Assembly (NCBI RefSeq): GCF_009834535.1
Contig: NC_045697.1
Coordinates: 93,994,001-94,058,000 of the forward strand
From: Camelus ferus
Taxonomy: Eukaryota
DNA: 64,000 bases
Direction: 5' to 3'
Shown piece after piece: positions 40,284-51,780 of the stretch. The position numbers were made by a program, and so were the translations under genes. Within the stretch, counting starts at the first letter, position 1. Each line of letters opens with the position of its first letter. The notes beneath the pieces were generated by a model, which did not search any database, had not been told where the DNA came from, and was given only the letters and a program-made list of their open reading frames with translations.

Positions 40284-40429
40284 ATTACAGTCTGGCTTGA
40301 GACCAAAAATCCTCCGTGCAAGTTAAGAGGCTCCCGCTTAATGACGCTGTGACCTTTATAAATGATGTTCCCACAAATGTAGGAGAGGCACGGCCTGAAG
40401 GCTGTAGAATGAAGGACTTATACTTCTCC

Positions 40430-40755
40430 AGAGAGCTATGAGGTTCATCGCACCACTTCATTTGGGGCTGTACTGAAATATCCCCTCATCAAAAAAGCCT
40501 TTTCTTGAACACCCCATGTAACCACTCACCTGTTTCCCACACACTACCATTTTTTATTTTTCTTCCTAGTATCCCTTGCCACCAGATATTTCACATTTTT
40601 TATATTCTGGATGTTTATAATCCCCCCACCAACATATACTTCATGAGAGCAGTTTTATTTTGCCTTGCTTTAATTCATGGCAGTGCTCCTAATGGAATAA
40701 TAGTGCCTATTATACCAAAGGTGCTCAATGGGAATTTGTTGATTGAATGACTGAT
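40430..40755 (+). mobile_element. L2 3' end (L2a-like)
   Basis: 'aagccttttcttgaacaccc...aggtgctcaatgggaatttgttgattgaatga'. Confidence 0.75.
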
Positions 40756-40881
40756 GCTTTCAACAATAGGTACGTGCACATGACTGGATCACAGTGGTGT
40801 ACTGACACTATGTAGAAGAAAATGAATCTGGAAAACGAAGCTGGAAATGGCTATGGAAGGGTTGGTGTTAACATTCTAAGG

Positions 40882-41089
40882 CAGGGCTGTCTAATAGAGC
40901 TTTCTGTGATGATGGAAATAATCTAGATTAGTGATGTCCAATTTAGTAGTCACTACCAACATGTGGCATTTTGAGGACTTGAAATGACACTGTGATTGAG
41001 GAACTCAATTTCTTTCATTTACTTTTAATTTTACACTTACATGTAAATAGCAACATATAGCCAGTAGCTGCTGTACTGAGCTGTGTCAT
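40882..41089. mobile_element. MER3 hAT-Charlie MITE inserted in a minus-strand L2 fragment (~40840-41440)
   Basis: 'cagggctgtctaatagagctttctgtgatgatggaaat' MER3 start; 8-bp flanks ttctaagg (40874-40881) and ttctaaga (41090-41097). Confidence 0.85.
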
Positions 41090-43184
41090 TTCTAAGAAAT
41101 TTGAAACTTTAACTCTGATAACAACAGGAATCTATGGAAGGTTTTGTAGCAGGAAAAAATGGGGTAAGAACTATATTTTTGAAAAAATGGTACAAAAGTA
41201 ACGTTTATAATGCACTGGAATAGAGAGAAACCAGAAAACAAAATGGCCAGATAGAAACTTAGGAAAATCTGGATGTTAGGAACTGAGGAGACCAGTTTGA
41301 ACAGAAAGAAAAGACATGACTGGGAAACATGGAAGAGGCAAAATCAACAGAAGTTTTATGTTTTTAACTATGACCCCATGTTTGCTGCTGCAGATGATTA
41401 GATGGATAACAATACCACCCACAAAACAATCCAGGCAGTGGAGAAAAACCATACTTGTGTTAAGAGATAGTCACTGTTAAAAAAAAAAAAAAGCTCATTT
41501 TGAATACTTTTTAAATCTAGGTGCCTAAATCTCAATTATGGCCCTCAAAGCATGCAAAAATTAAAAAAAAAAAAAAAAAGGAAAACATTTGTTTTCCTAA
41601 TTTGTCAAAAAACAAGTCCAAAGAAAGTTCATATATAACTTGACATTGCCATTAAATTGAAACTGTTTCTAACATTGAATACATGTGTGTGTACATATAC
41701 AGATAGATATGCATATGTTTGTAAGCACATACATATATAGTTTTAAAAATAATGTGAGATCTAAAACGTTATCAAGCGACCCACTTTGGTCCTCTCTCCT
41801 GTAGAAAGCCACCTGGGACAAGGAGGCACTTGCGTCTTTTAAAAATGGAGAAATACATTTTTATTTTACGTTTATGTCTCAACAGTGAAACCCTTTCTAT
41901 CACAACACAAGGAAGACTTCTCCCATATTGGCAACTGTTTTTATATGGTTGGCAGGTTTCAAAGAGTTTGAACATGAATAAAATCCAACTACTCCACAGG
42001 ATGAAAAGCTCATGAACTTCCGCTTTTAAAGATGAAGTGGAAAAGAACTGTCAGATGTAAGAAAGCCAAAAAGTGATTTAGTATCTCAGCAACAAAGAAG
42101 CCTTGACCCTTATTTGCACTATTAAAATCTTAATATAACAAAGTCATATAATGGGACAGTCAGAATTTAGAAGCAAATACAGTTTCTTGGCAGACTAAGG
42201 ATTTTTGCCATCTGTATCTCAAAGCAGAAGGAAACATACACTGCGTTCAGGCTCTGTAATAAGCATATGAAAGTCAAAGGTGTGTCTGTATATCCCAAGC
42301 TAAGTAAAAATGAAAAGAAATGCCTGCAGGGCTCATGTTCTGAATACAACTGTCTGTATTTGAGAAATTCCACTCTCTATGGTCTTCTAATGATTACAAC
42401 AGCAGGAGATGGTGCCAAAGAGACTCAAAGCAAATGGAAAAGCATGGTTTTAAGGGAAACCCTCAACACCCAGTAGAATGATAATACAGATTGACTCAGA
42501 TGTCAGTCTATATCAACTAGTAAGACATACATTTGGCCAATAACAACATGATAGAATATAATTCATCTGAGAGACTGATAACGGCCCCCTTTTCTGTTTT
42601 TCTTCTTCTGAAAGAGATGTGATTATAATCATAAAGCACAAAAACATTACTTTAAAGAAGTATACTAGGGTTGTAAATCTAGGAACTAATGACAATTTGC
42701 AAAATGAAAAATGACACTAAAAAAGTGACCAAGGGTAGAAGCAAGTACAGAAGATAGCTTACCATGTAGGTTAATACAAGTCTGATAGATTCACCCTTAT
42801 TTGGTAACTAAATTTTCATTAAAATTCAGTATTATATGGATAATATCATAATGTCTAAGAATTAATTAAACAATAAGTTGTTCACAGCCTTAAGCTAGAA
42901 AGTAAACGGAAATTACAGTCTCACAACTGTGACCATACTTATCTAAAAGTACTGCATGAACCTAGACGTTGTGTTTTTAAAATTTTTATCAGGCCACTAC
43001 TATATTTTCACGTCTTTGTGTATGTAGGGTCAAAAGGTCTATAGTCCCACTTTTTCAACACTTCCCTTGCCCATCCCATAACCTTAGAGATGCAGCTTTC
43101 CTCGCTGGCTTGGATCTAGTACGAGACTTCGGAATCTGCATCTGGTTCTAAAGAAGTGTAACTCCAACAGAACTATGAAACCAT

Positions 43185-43890
43185 TTTCAATATCACTGAT
43201 AATTAGGGATATTTAAGTGAAAACTATCATAGAACAGGACTGCACACCTTTAAATCATCAGGTAACTAAAATGTCAGCCAACACTATGAGCTATTAAATA
43301 CGTGAGAGCAATGGGAACTCACATAAACTGCTGATAAGGGGTATACTGCTCCCATTGCTCTGAAAAACTTCGTCATCTAATAAGTATGTATCTCACATAA
43401 AACTGCAGTTATACTAGAACAGGTAGAAATTTCATAATAATAGCACTTGTGATAGCCAAAAATATATATATAACACACATATGCAAGAAAAGTAACCAAG
43501 TTGTAAAGAAAATACATTAACTACAGCCACCATCAGTGACACATGTGATTCTTATAAAATTAATGGAAGCATAACACAAAACAAGATGCACAATTATGCT
43601 TCATTTATATAAAATATAAAAATATGTAAAACTGTATTCTTTTACTATATAAGTAAAATTTTAAAGAAAAGCAAGGAAGTCATTCCCATAAAGTCAGGCT
43701 CATTCTTGTAAACAGGAATGAGAGATGACTGATTATTAAAAGAAACAATGCATTTTCAAAGTGCTGGGAATGTTCTATGTCTCCATATAGGTGGTGGCTA
43801 CTCAGGTGATCCCTTTATAATTATTAACTATATTGTACAGTATGTATTACATATTTTTCTGTACTTTTGTCATAATCACAATTTAAAAAG
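43185..43890 (+). mobile_element. Old L1 (L1ME-like) 3' region
   Basis: 'gagcaatgggaactcacataaactgctg', 'gcacttgtgatagccaaaa', 'tgctgggaatgttctatgtct...ggtggtggctac'. Confidence 0.7.
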
Positions 43891-43917
43891 GTTTAGAAAA
43901 AATTCAGCCATGCCCAC

Positions 43918-44357
43918 TGTAATGGGTTGAACAGTGGTCCCCAAAAAGGTATGTTCACCCAGAACCTCATAATGTGATCTTATTTGCAATAAGGGTTTTT
44001 GTAAATGTAATTAAGATACGGATCTCTAAATGAGATCTTCTTGGATTAGGGTGAGTCCTAAATCCAATGACAAATGTCTTTATAAGAGACAAAAAAGGAG
44101 AAGAGACACAGAAACACAGGGGAAAAGGCCAGGCAAAGATGGAGCTGTTAACTAGAGTTATGCTGACATAAGTGAACGAAAACTGTGAAGCTGGTAGAGG
44201 CCAGAAGGATTCTTCCCTAGAGCCATTAGAAGAAGCCAACACCTTGATTTTGGACTTCTGGCCTCGACAACTGTGAGAGAACAAATATTTGTTATTTTAA
44301 GACACCAAGTTTGTGGGGATTTTTTTTTTTTTACAGCCGCCCCGTAAAACAAATACA
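43918..44357 (+). mobile_element. MaLR LTR (MLT1B/C-like)
   Basis: 'tgtaatgggttgaacagtggtccccaaaa...ggattagggtgagtcctaaatccaatgac...ttggacttctggcct...aaacaaataca'; TG...CA ends. Confidence 0.88.
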
Positions 44358-44369
44358 TGCATGCTACAG

Positions 44370-44585
44370 ACAATAATGTAAAGTGAGTCCTTTAGATTTG
44401 GGGCTGTGGAATTGGCCATGGTTACAATTCTGACTCAACCATTTACAAGCCTTGGACAATTCATAGTAGCTTTTTAACCTCAGTTTTCTCATGTGTAGAA
44501 TGAGAATATTATCAACTTCAAAATGTTTCAGTAAAGGGTAAATAAGAGTAATGTGAAAACCTCTATATGCAGGGCTCAAGAATTA
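44370..44585 (+). mobile_element. MIR SINE
   Basis: 'ccttggacaa...cctcagttttctcatgtgtagaatgagaata'. Confidence 0.75.
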
Positions 44586-45629
44586 TACATTGATACCCTC
44601 TCCTCACAATGAGCCACAAATAATGGACTATTCTTCAGGTAAGACCATCATATGAGATGAATGCATTAGATAATTTTAGTGATACTATAAAATTAAATCC
44701 AATTAAATTAGCTTGCCTTAGTCTCATTTCAGGAACAGGAAGCAACTGGTCCCGGCAGAGGCTTAACTACATGAAGGAAAGGGGGCTTCTGCAGTCACAC
44801 AGAACTCCACACCTCTGGTCTCTGTTAGTTGCTTACCATTGTACTTAAATACATTCTGCTAGCATACATCAGTCTTACACTGTTGGTCAATGAGAAATGA
44901 CACCAGAGAAACAGAAATAATCTCTGTATAGTAAAAGAATCAGGCTCTTAATCTACACTCTAGACAATGAAAAAGTCAACAAACTGTTGGTCCTTCCCAA
45001 GAGGAAGCCATACCCTTTTCCTATTCTGTACCCTTACTGACTCTCTAGAGTAATAACATGGTTCTAAAGAATAAAATCACATAAAAATGTAGAAACTAAC
45101 TACCCAGAAATCTGGAGCATCTTTTCATATAAACAAAATTAACTCAAACAAAACATTATCATAGTTATCGTAACTGAACCTTATTTATAATTTTAAATGA
45201 TGGGAGACCAAACAAAAATAAAGAATGAAATGTAAAGCCTAAGCACCGATTCTCCCCACTTTTTAAGCAAGATTTATAGTTCAATGAAGATTAACAGTAT
45301 TAATTTTACTTAAAACGTCATTATCAGCTTCTGCTTTGGAAACCTAATTAGAATTTGTAAATTTGGCATCTAATTCAGTTTCCTGGTTAAAAAATGGCTT
45401 TGAAATTTGTCACCACTAAAAAGTTTTTTCCACTGAAACCTTGCTCATATACTGCCCTTTCTGACAAAAACCACCTATTTACCTTCACTGAGCTCCTTAA
45501 CTTCCTAACTGAAAAAAAAAAAAAAAAGAAGAAGAAGGAAGTCGGATAGTGGTTAAGAGAAGAGTTCCTCCAGGAACAAGAAGATAACAAGGCAGGTTGT
45601 GACTATGTGTTGACAAAGGGGGTTAGAAT

Positions 45630-45800
45630 AAAATTCTCGGCTCTAGGCTTTTGTCAGCTCTGTGTCTCAATTTAAGTTATTTAATCTTTCAAGTCTAAGT
45701 TAATTTTTATAAAATGAAGATGATAACAATACCTACAGCAAAGGGTTAGTACAATAAAAGCATTCAGTCAGCATCAACAGCATCATTTAATAAATATTAG
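45630..45800 (+). mobile_element. MIR SINE fragment
   Basis: 'aagttatttaatctttc...tataaaatgaagatgataacaatacctac'. Confidence 0.55.
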
Positions 45801-46129
45801 TTGATCATCAGTCTTATACATCCTTCATTTTTGACTCACCTTTTTCTGAATTCACTTTACTGTCCTCTCCCACAAAACCTAAACTTTGGAGCAACTGTCT
45901 TATCTCTCTCCCCTTTCATCCATGCTTCTGGAAGGATTTGTCCCTGTTTCTCTTTAGAGTCTCATTTGTCTTCCATTGCTCAATCTACAAAAATCTGACT
46001 TAAAAATAAGGTTTTTAATATACGTGCTGTGAGTCACACATACCCATATTTCTAAATGCAATCTATATGCCAGCGACTTAATTTAAGACTGTGAGATGCA
46101 TACACTGTCCTCCATTCCCGTGTTTTTAT

Positions 46130-46565
46130 TTAAATATAGAAAGCCATTTTTTAGCCTGCCACGGTACCACACAGAATAAAAGACCACATTTACAAGGCTT
46201 CCTGGTAACTTGAGGAGATGTGGCTAAGTCTGGTGAAAGAGATGTAAACAGAATGGGTCAGAGGCTGGCTAAGTCTCTTTCAAGGGGAGAGGCTATGCTA
46301 CCTTCCTCTCTTCCTCCATGTTGTTACTGGAGACACCACTGTGATGAAGCATCTCCACCAGCAACTCTGGACGCAGTGGGAGGAATGCCATACCCAGGGA
46401 TGGCAAAGAGGAGATCATGAAGGACCCTGGATAACTTTTTAGTGCTCATTTCAGCCCAAGTTGCCTTCCACCGTGCTCTTCCACAAGACTGAAATAAATT
46501 TCTGTTTTACTTAAGCACCTGTGATGGGAATACTGCCGTTCTGTGTAGGTAACATAATCCAATCG
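46130..46565 (+). mobile_element. Old ERVL/MaLR LTR (MLT1I/J or LTR16-like)
   Basis: 'cacatttacaaggcttcc...gagatgtaaacagaa...gaaataaatttctgttttacttaagc'. Confidence 0.5.
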
Positions 46566-47880
46566 AATCTGTATATTTAAACCTGAATTCTGTGATGAGC
46601 TCCAGCCCTATATTGCAGGTTGCCATTTAATATTTCAAAGGATTCTCAAGGTTGATGTATCTGAAACCAAATTCAACATGTCTCCTCTAAAATTGTTTCT
46701 TGTATTTCATGTCTCAATTAACCATGCCAAGTTCTTATTCAAAATATGAAGATCTGCCTAGCCAAAGTGGAATTCCCCAGCCCATTTCTTTGCAGGAGAT
46801 TAGAAGAGCTTGCTCTATGAAAATTAGTCCAAGATAAATGATCTCTAGACACTGATATGTAAGGATCCCCAATTAAATGACTCTCCCTACTGTGAGGGAC
46901 ATGCTTCCTTCTCACACTGAGGTGTGCACACCGAACACCCAATCAACCCTTTTATTCTGAGCATTAAGTCAACATGTTAGTTCTGCATTTCAAACTGAAT
47001 GGATGAGCATCACACATAAAATAACCCTGTAAATGAAAAAGACTGAACAAAATCAATAAACAGAAAATCAACGAGAAAAGCAAAGGGAATTTGGAGATGA
47101 TGGCATGATGATGAAAGTTCTGACTGATAGCTGTTGCAGAATGGAATAAGAAGCTGGTAGTAAGTAAATTATCTGACTTATCTGATGTGCTTGTACTGAG
47201 AGAATTTTACAACACTTTCGGAGAATTTGGAGTGATAGGGATATACAAATTAAACACACAATAAAACAAGTTATTAACTCTAGGTAAAAAGAGTAGCACA
47301 TGAAAGCCATTATATTTATAATCTACAGTATTTAGCTCAGATATAAACAGATTTACATACTCATAATATTGTAAAAACTGAATAAGGTTTTAACTAAAAT
47401 TTACAGTAAAACTAATAAAATAATGGAAATAGAGGAAATGTGTTTTTATGTGTATGAGCAGATTGTTAAAAGATCTTCTACTTTGGGATATTAATAGATA
47501 CACATAGTCTAAAACTGAGAAATCAAGAAATAAAAATATCAATAAGCTATTTAGATATATAGGCACAAATACCAAAAGAAAAAGCTCACAACGGTCAAAT
47601 ACTTGCCCCTGATGATTGGGGATCTTGGTGGGGAGGGTAGCAGCAGCAGATTTCTATTTTCTGAACACTGTACTTTTTGGTTAAGATGTATGTTAATTTA
47701 CTACACTAAGAAAATTAAATTAAAAATAGTTATTTTTAAGAAACTATGATAACTTGAAATATGTTCTCTAAAACAATCAAATATTTTTTAGGAAGATAAA
47801 TGCTATAATTAATAAGTGAGCTGAAACTGTCAACTCAAAGTGATTGACAAATAATGCTTTGAACATTTTCAATTGTTTTT

Positions 47881-48011
47881 TTTTTTTAATCTTTTTTTGG
47901 GGGAGGGGGGATTAGGTTTATTTATTTATTTTTAGAGGAGGTACTGGGGACTGAACCCAGGACCTCATGCATGCTAAGCATGCACTCTACCACTTGAGCT
48001 ATATCCTCCCC
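47881..48011 (-). mobile_element. Camelid tRNA-Ala-derived SINE (vic-1 type)
   Basis: Minus strand reads GGGGAGGATATAGCTCAAGTGGTAGAGTGCATGCTTAGCATGCATGAGGTCCTGGGTTCAGTCCCCAGTACCTCC, then (taaa)n, C-run and A-tail; flanking repeat tcaattgttttt/tcaactgttttt. Confidence 0.9.
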
Positions 48012-51000
48012 ACTCAACTGTTTTTAAAACCTGGAAAACTGCTTGATCTCTAAGTATGTGTACTTTCCCTACCTAATTTTTTATGCTGTTTATTTGTTTA
48101 ACAAGCCCCTTTCCACTGTGTCAAAAAAGTTCAATATTAGACTCACATTTTCAAAAATTCTGAATTAATCAGGTGTGAATTAATGTTTGATAGACGCTAG
48201 ACAGCAAAATCCCAAATGCTGGCATAAATTCTGCCTTTGAACCAATCTCAACTGTAAAGCAGCAAAACTGAAAATAATCTCCATAAAGAAGTTCAATATT
48301 TTCCAACATAAAAAACCACTATTAAGACAAAAAAAAAAAAAACAGTCTTCATTATCTATCTGAGGTTGAGGTGCGGAACACATAAACAAAATATTCCCTC
48401 ACTCTATTACTTGTGCATTATCAGAGGTTTCATTCTGCAATGTAGATCCCCCTCATTATGTGCTAATTTTGTGAAAAGTTACTCTGCTTTTTTCCTGAAG
48501 TGAAAGGGAAATGAAAACCTTTCCGGGACTGGCCTGGTACAGTGCATTTGTAAAGGTGAAAACTTAACGTGAAATAGAATGGGGCACAGGAAATCAAATG
48601 AGCTTAAGGATTTAACTGTAACCAGGGAATAAAAGGTTATTCACTTTTGCAAAATCAAAGCACTCTCTGACGAGTCTAATTAATGAATAAAATTCTTGTT
48701 TCTTTTACAATAGACCTTTAAACTGTTTCTACTCAGCAGTCTCAAAATGATTTCACTAGGAGGTCCTGGAGTTATCAAGCTGAAATGGCAGCTGCTGTTC
48801 TTCTCGGTTTCCTTTATTCCATAAAAGGATTGGTAACTTGCATTTGGCTTCAAAACACTTCCCCACTGGCTACTCCCCTCTGCTTTGTCTCTCCCCCAAA
48901 AGTTTAATCTAATTTAGAGTATTCAAAGGGGGAAAGAACTAAGTTCTTCTCTAAAAGTAATTAAAAGCATGATGCCTTTATTCACTTGCTTCTAAATTAG
49001 GAATGCCCTTTCAGAGAAATATTAAGCTGAAACAGATAAAGTTCATCTTAGTAAATACTACAATTATCTAGGGAAGGAAGGATCTATACGTAAGCCTAGC
49101 TCTCCACACCTGCGGTTCAGCAATACCCACACGACAGAAAGATTAAGCAGCTCTCAAACTGCATTTGAATTGTTCAGTAGATGTCACCGTATTAAATTCC
49201 TTAGTCTTAAAGATCAATGAGATACATTTTCATATTTGAATACTTTCTTATCATAAAAATACATTCAGCGCCTTTCTGGTAACAAACCAGGACGGACACT
49301 GACCTGAGATTTGACCATAGACTTCTAGGCTTCCACAAAATATTGCTTAGATGAAGATATATAATCTGGGATTTTTTTTTTACTGAGTCATTTTGGAGAA
49401 CAGAACTAAACCAAGTGAGTGGGGAGAAATGTAAAGACTAAAAAAGGCTCTGATTCAATTAACTAAGGGCAAGCTCCCTCAGATTTTTCACAACTAAGGA
49501 TTCTTCTGAGGATACAAATAGGCTAATTAAATAGGTACCTTTCTGCTTCTTAATTACTTTCATTTCTCCCAGAAAGATATTACAGGAAATTTCACAATCA
49601 TTCTACGGAAGCTAAGATATAAAACTGAAGAAACTAAAACACAGTACGAAGTCTATTGGATGAAATTAAGTTAGAAACCAGACAGCTACAGGTAAGTATG
49701 TATAAGATAATTCTATATATTGTACTAAAGTAGAATTCCATTGTATGGAGGAGAAAGTGATTTACACATCATTTTTTGAACATTTAGAAGATTTATAAAT
49801 CTAGTCCTTAGCTGCACTGCAACTCTATAAAGTAAAGGAAATTTTTTTATAGAAAACAAGTTTGTAGCAAATCAGTAAGCTAATATATGGAACAATTTAA
49901 AAAATACACTGAATATAATCTGTAATGGTAAAATTTACCCATCCAAGTTTAAAAATAAAATACATACAAAGTAATTTTCTGACTTTAAAAATTTCACAAA
50001 CTATTTAAATATATAAATGTAAACAATTATTATCAGTAACATAAGTTGTTATTAACTTTCTATAAAGGTGGATTGCTGTGTTAAAATAATTCTGAAATGT
50101 AGTAAAAATGTCTCTTGTCTTATTAAGAGGAATATAGTCAACAACATTTAACCTTTTCTCTTTGGCATCATTATGAATATCACTTAACGGAATTCTTCCA
50201 GTTTGCTTCTCTGCTTCCAAACCTAGTGACACTTCTATCTACATCTTCACCATCATCCATCTCTCCTTTCCTAATTTATACATAGCTGTAACCTAGAAAG
50301 AACTAGTGATTCTCAAACTGGATACAGACACTTCCCATATCACTGTCCCATCTTTCATATGAAAACATTTTTATCCAGAAAAAGTTTCTGTAAATGCTTA
50401 GCACAATGTCCGAAATATAAAGGAGTTCATTTCATATTTTTAAATAAGTGAATAAATAAGTGTGCGAAATCAGTAAGTAAATAAATAAGTAAGTGTGGGA
50501 TATAGGCATATTGGTAAAATCAATGAAATTTTAGAAGGAGTAAACCTTCCAGAACACTACATGACGGAGTACTATGGAATTGCAGATTTTGCATGGACAG
50601 AGGACATGACTTGTTCTCAGACCACTGCTTGTCGGATTATATAACTGAATGAGTTGGGAGAAACCTTATAAACTGTGTACAGGCAACACACTATACTACT
50701 GGCAGACAGTACATTTTAGAAGAGCCCATCAGATTGACATTTAGTACAATTAAGCATTTTCATTGAAACTTGAATGCAAGTCATATTTTTGCAGAGGCCA
50801 ATGCAGGCAGGCTCTTAAAGCAGCCAAATTTGGCAAAGTCCTTTGTTATCAGTTTCCATGTGAAACTCACTTGTTGGGATGACAATAACTAGACTTTTCC
50901 TTGCTTTTAATTCCTTTACTTTTATTAGTGTTTAACTATTCCCCATGGAAGATAAGGGTTTTGTTGAGGCAAAGAAATTCTTCTGAAGTCTCTTGCTGGC

Positions 51001-51428
51001 AACTCAATATCCTAAACTAAAATTTTACCTCCACCGACACATTCTTAAATACTACCTTCTGTTTCTGGCAGGAAAAAAAAGCAACAATTAAAAAATAGAA
51101 ATGTACTCTACATCCCATCTAGAAATTCCTTTGCTTTAAAAATCTTCTTGCCATTAAATGACAGAGTTGTTTTAGTGGTTCGCCCACTAATTTAGTATTT
51201 GGGGCAAATTGCCTACTGGGAAAACATTCAATTTAGTGGTTAATGAGAAGTCTACTTTAAAGCAACTCCTGAAGGAAACCTTAAAAAAGAACCTAATGTT
51301 GTGTTTGTTGTCTCCTCTCATGGCAATACCACCACAGTCACTTACTAATATCTTACTCTATTTCATGTCTGAGTTCCATTACCCTCCCACATTTAGGAGG
51401 GAAAAAACACTTAATTTTAAATTAAGCG

Positions 51429-51556
51429 GAATACGAAAACAAATATATGTATGTATATGCATGACTGAGACATTGTGCTGTATACCAGAAATTGACACAT
51501 TGTAACTGATTGTACTTCAATTTAAAAAAATTGAAAAGGAAATGAAAAATAAAAAA
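51429..51556 (+). mobile_element. Younger, extremely 5'-truncated L1 (3' UTR tip and A-rich tail)
   Basis: 'atatatgtatgtatatgcatgactgagacattgtgctgtataccagaaattgacacattgtaactga' L1 3' end; TSD taaattaagcg (51418-51428) / taaattaagag (51557-51567). Confidence 0.85.
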
Positions 51557-51569
51557 TAAATTAAGAGAT

Positions 51570-51780
51570 CCTCTTAACTTGTTCTACTTTTCCTAGTCTC
51601 CGTGGCACTTTTCACCTTCTAACATACTCATTATTTATTTATTTAATGTGTGTGTGTGTGTGTGTGCACACACACAGTGAGACCATTTCTCTATTTTATT
51701 CATAATGTAACCCAAGCACTTCGGTATACAGTAGGTGCTCTGTATGCACTTCTTGAGTGGAATAAATAAATTAATCAACC
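51570..51780 (+). mobile_element. L2 3' end containing (TG)10(CA)5
   Basis: 'gcacttttcaccttctaacatact', 'cagtaggtgctc...gaataaataaat'; microsatellite at 51647-51676. Confidence 0.7.

Noticed and set aside
41770..41850. Possible small minus-strand exon
   Set aside because: Several weak acceptors and no convincing donor, so boundaries cannot be supported
47940..48011. tRNA-Ala(AGC) gene
   Set aside because: Acceptor stem is altered, and it carries a SINE tail and TSD, so it is a tRNA-derived SINE
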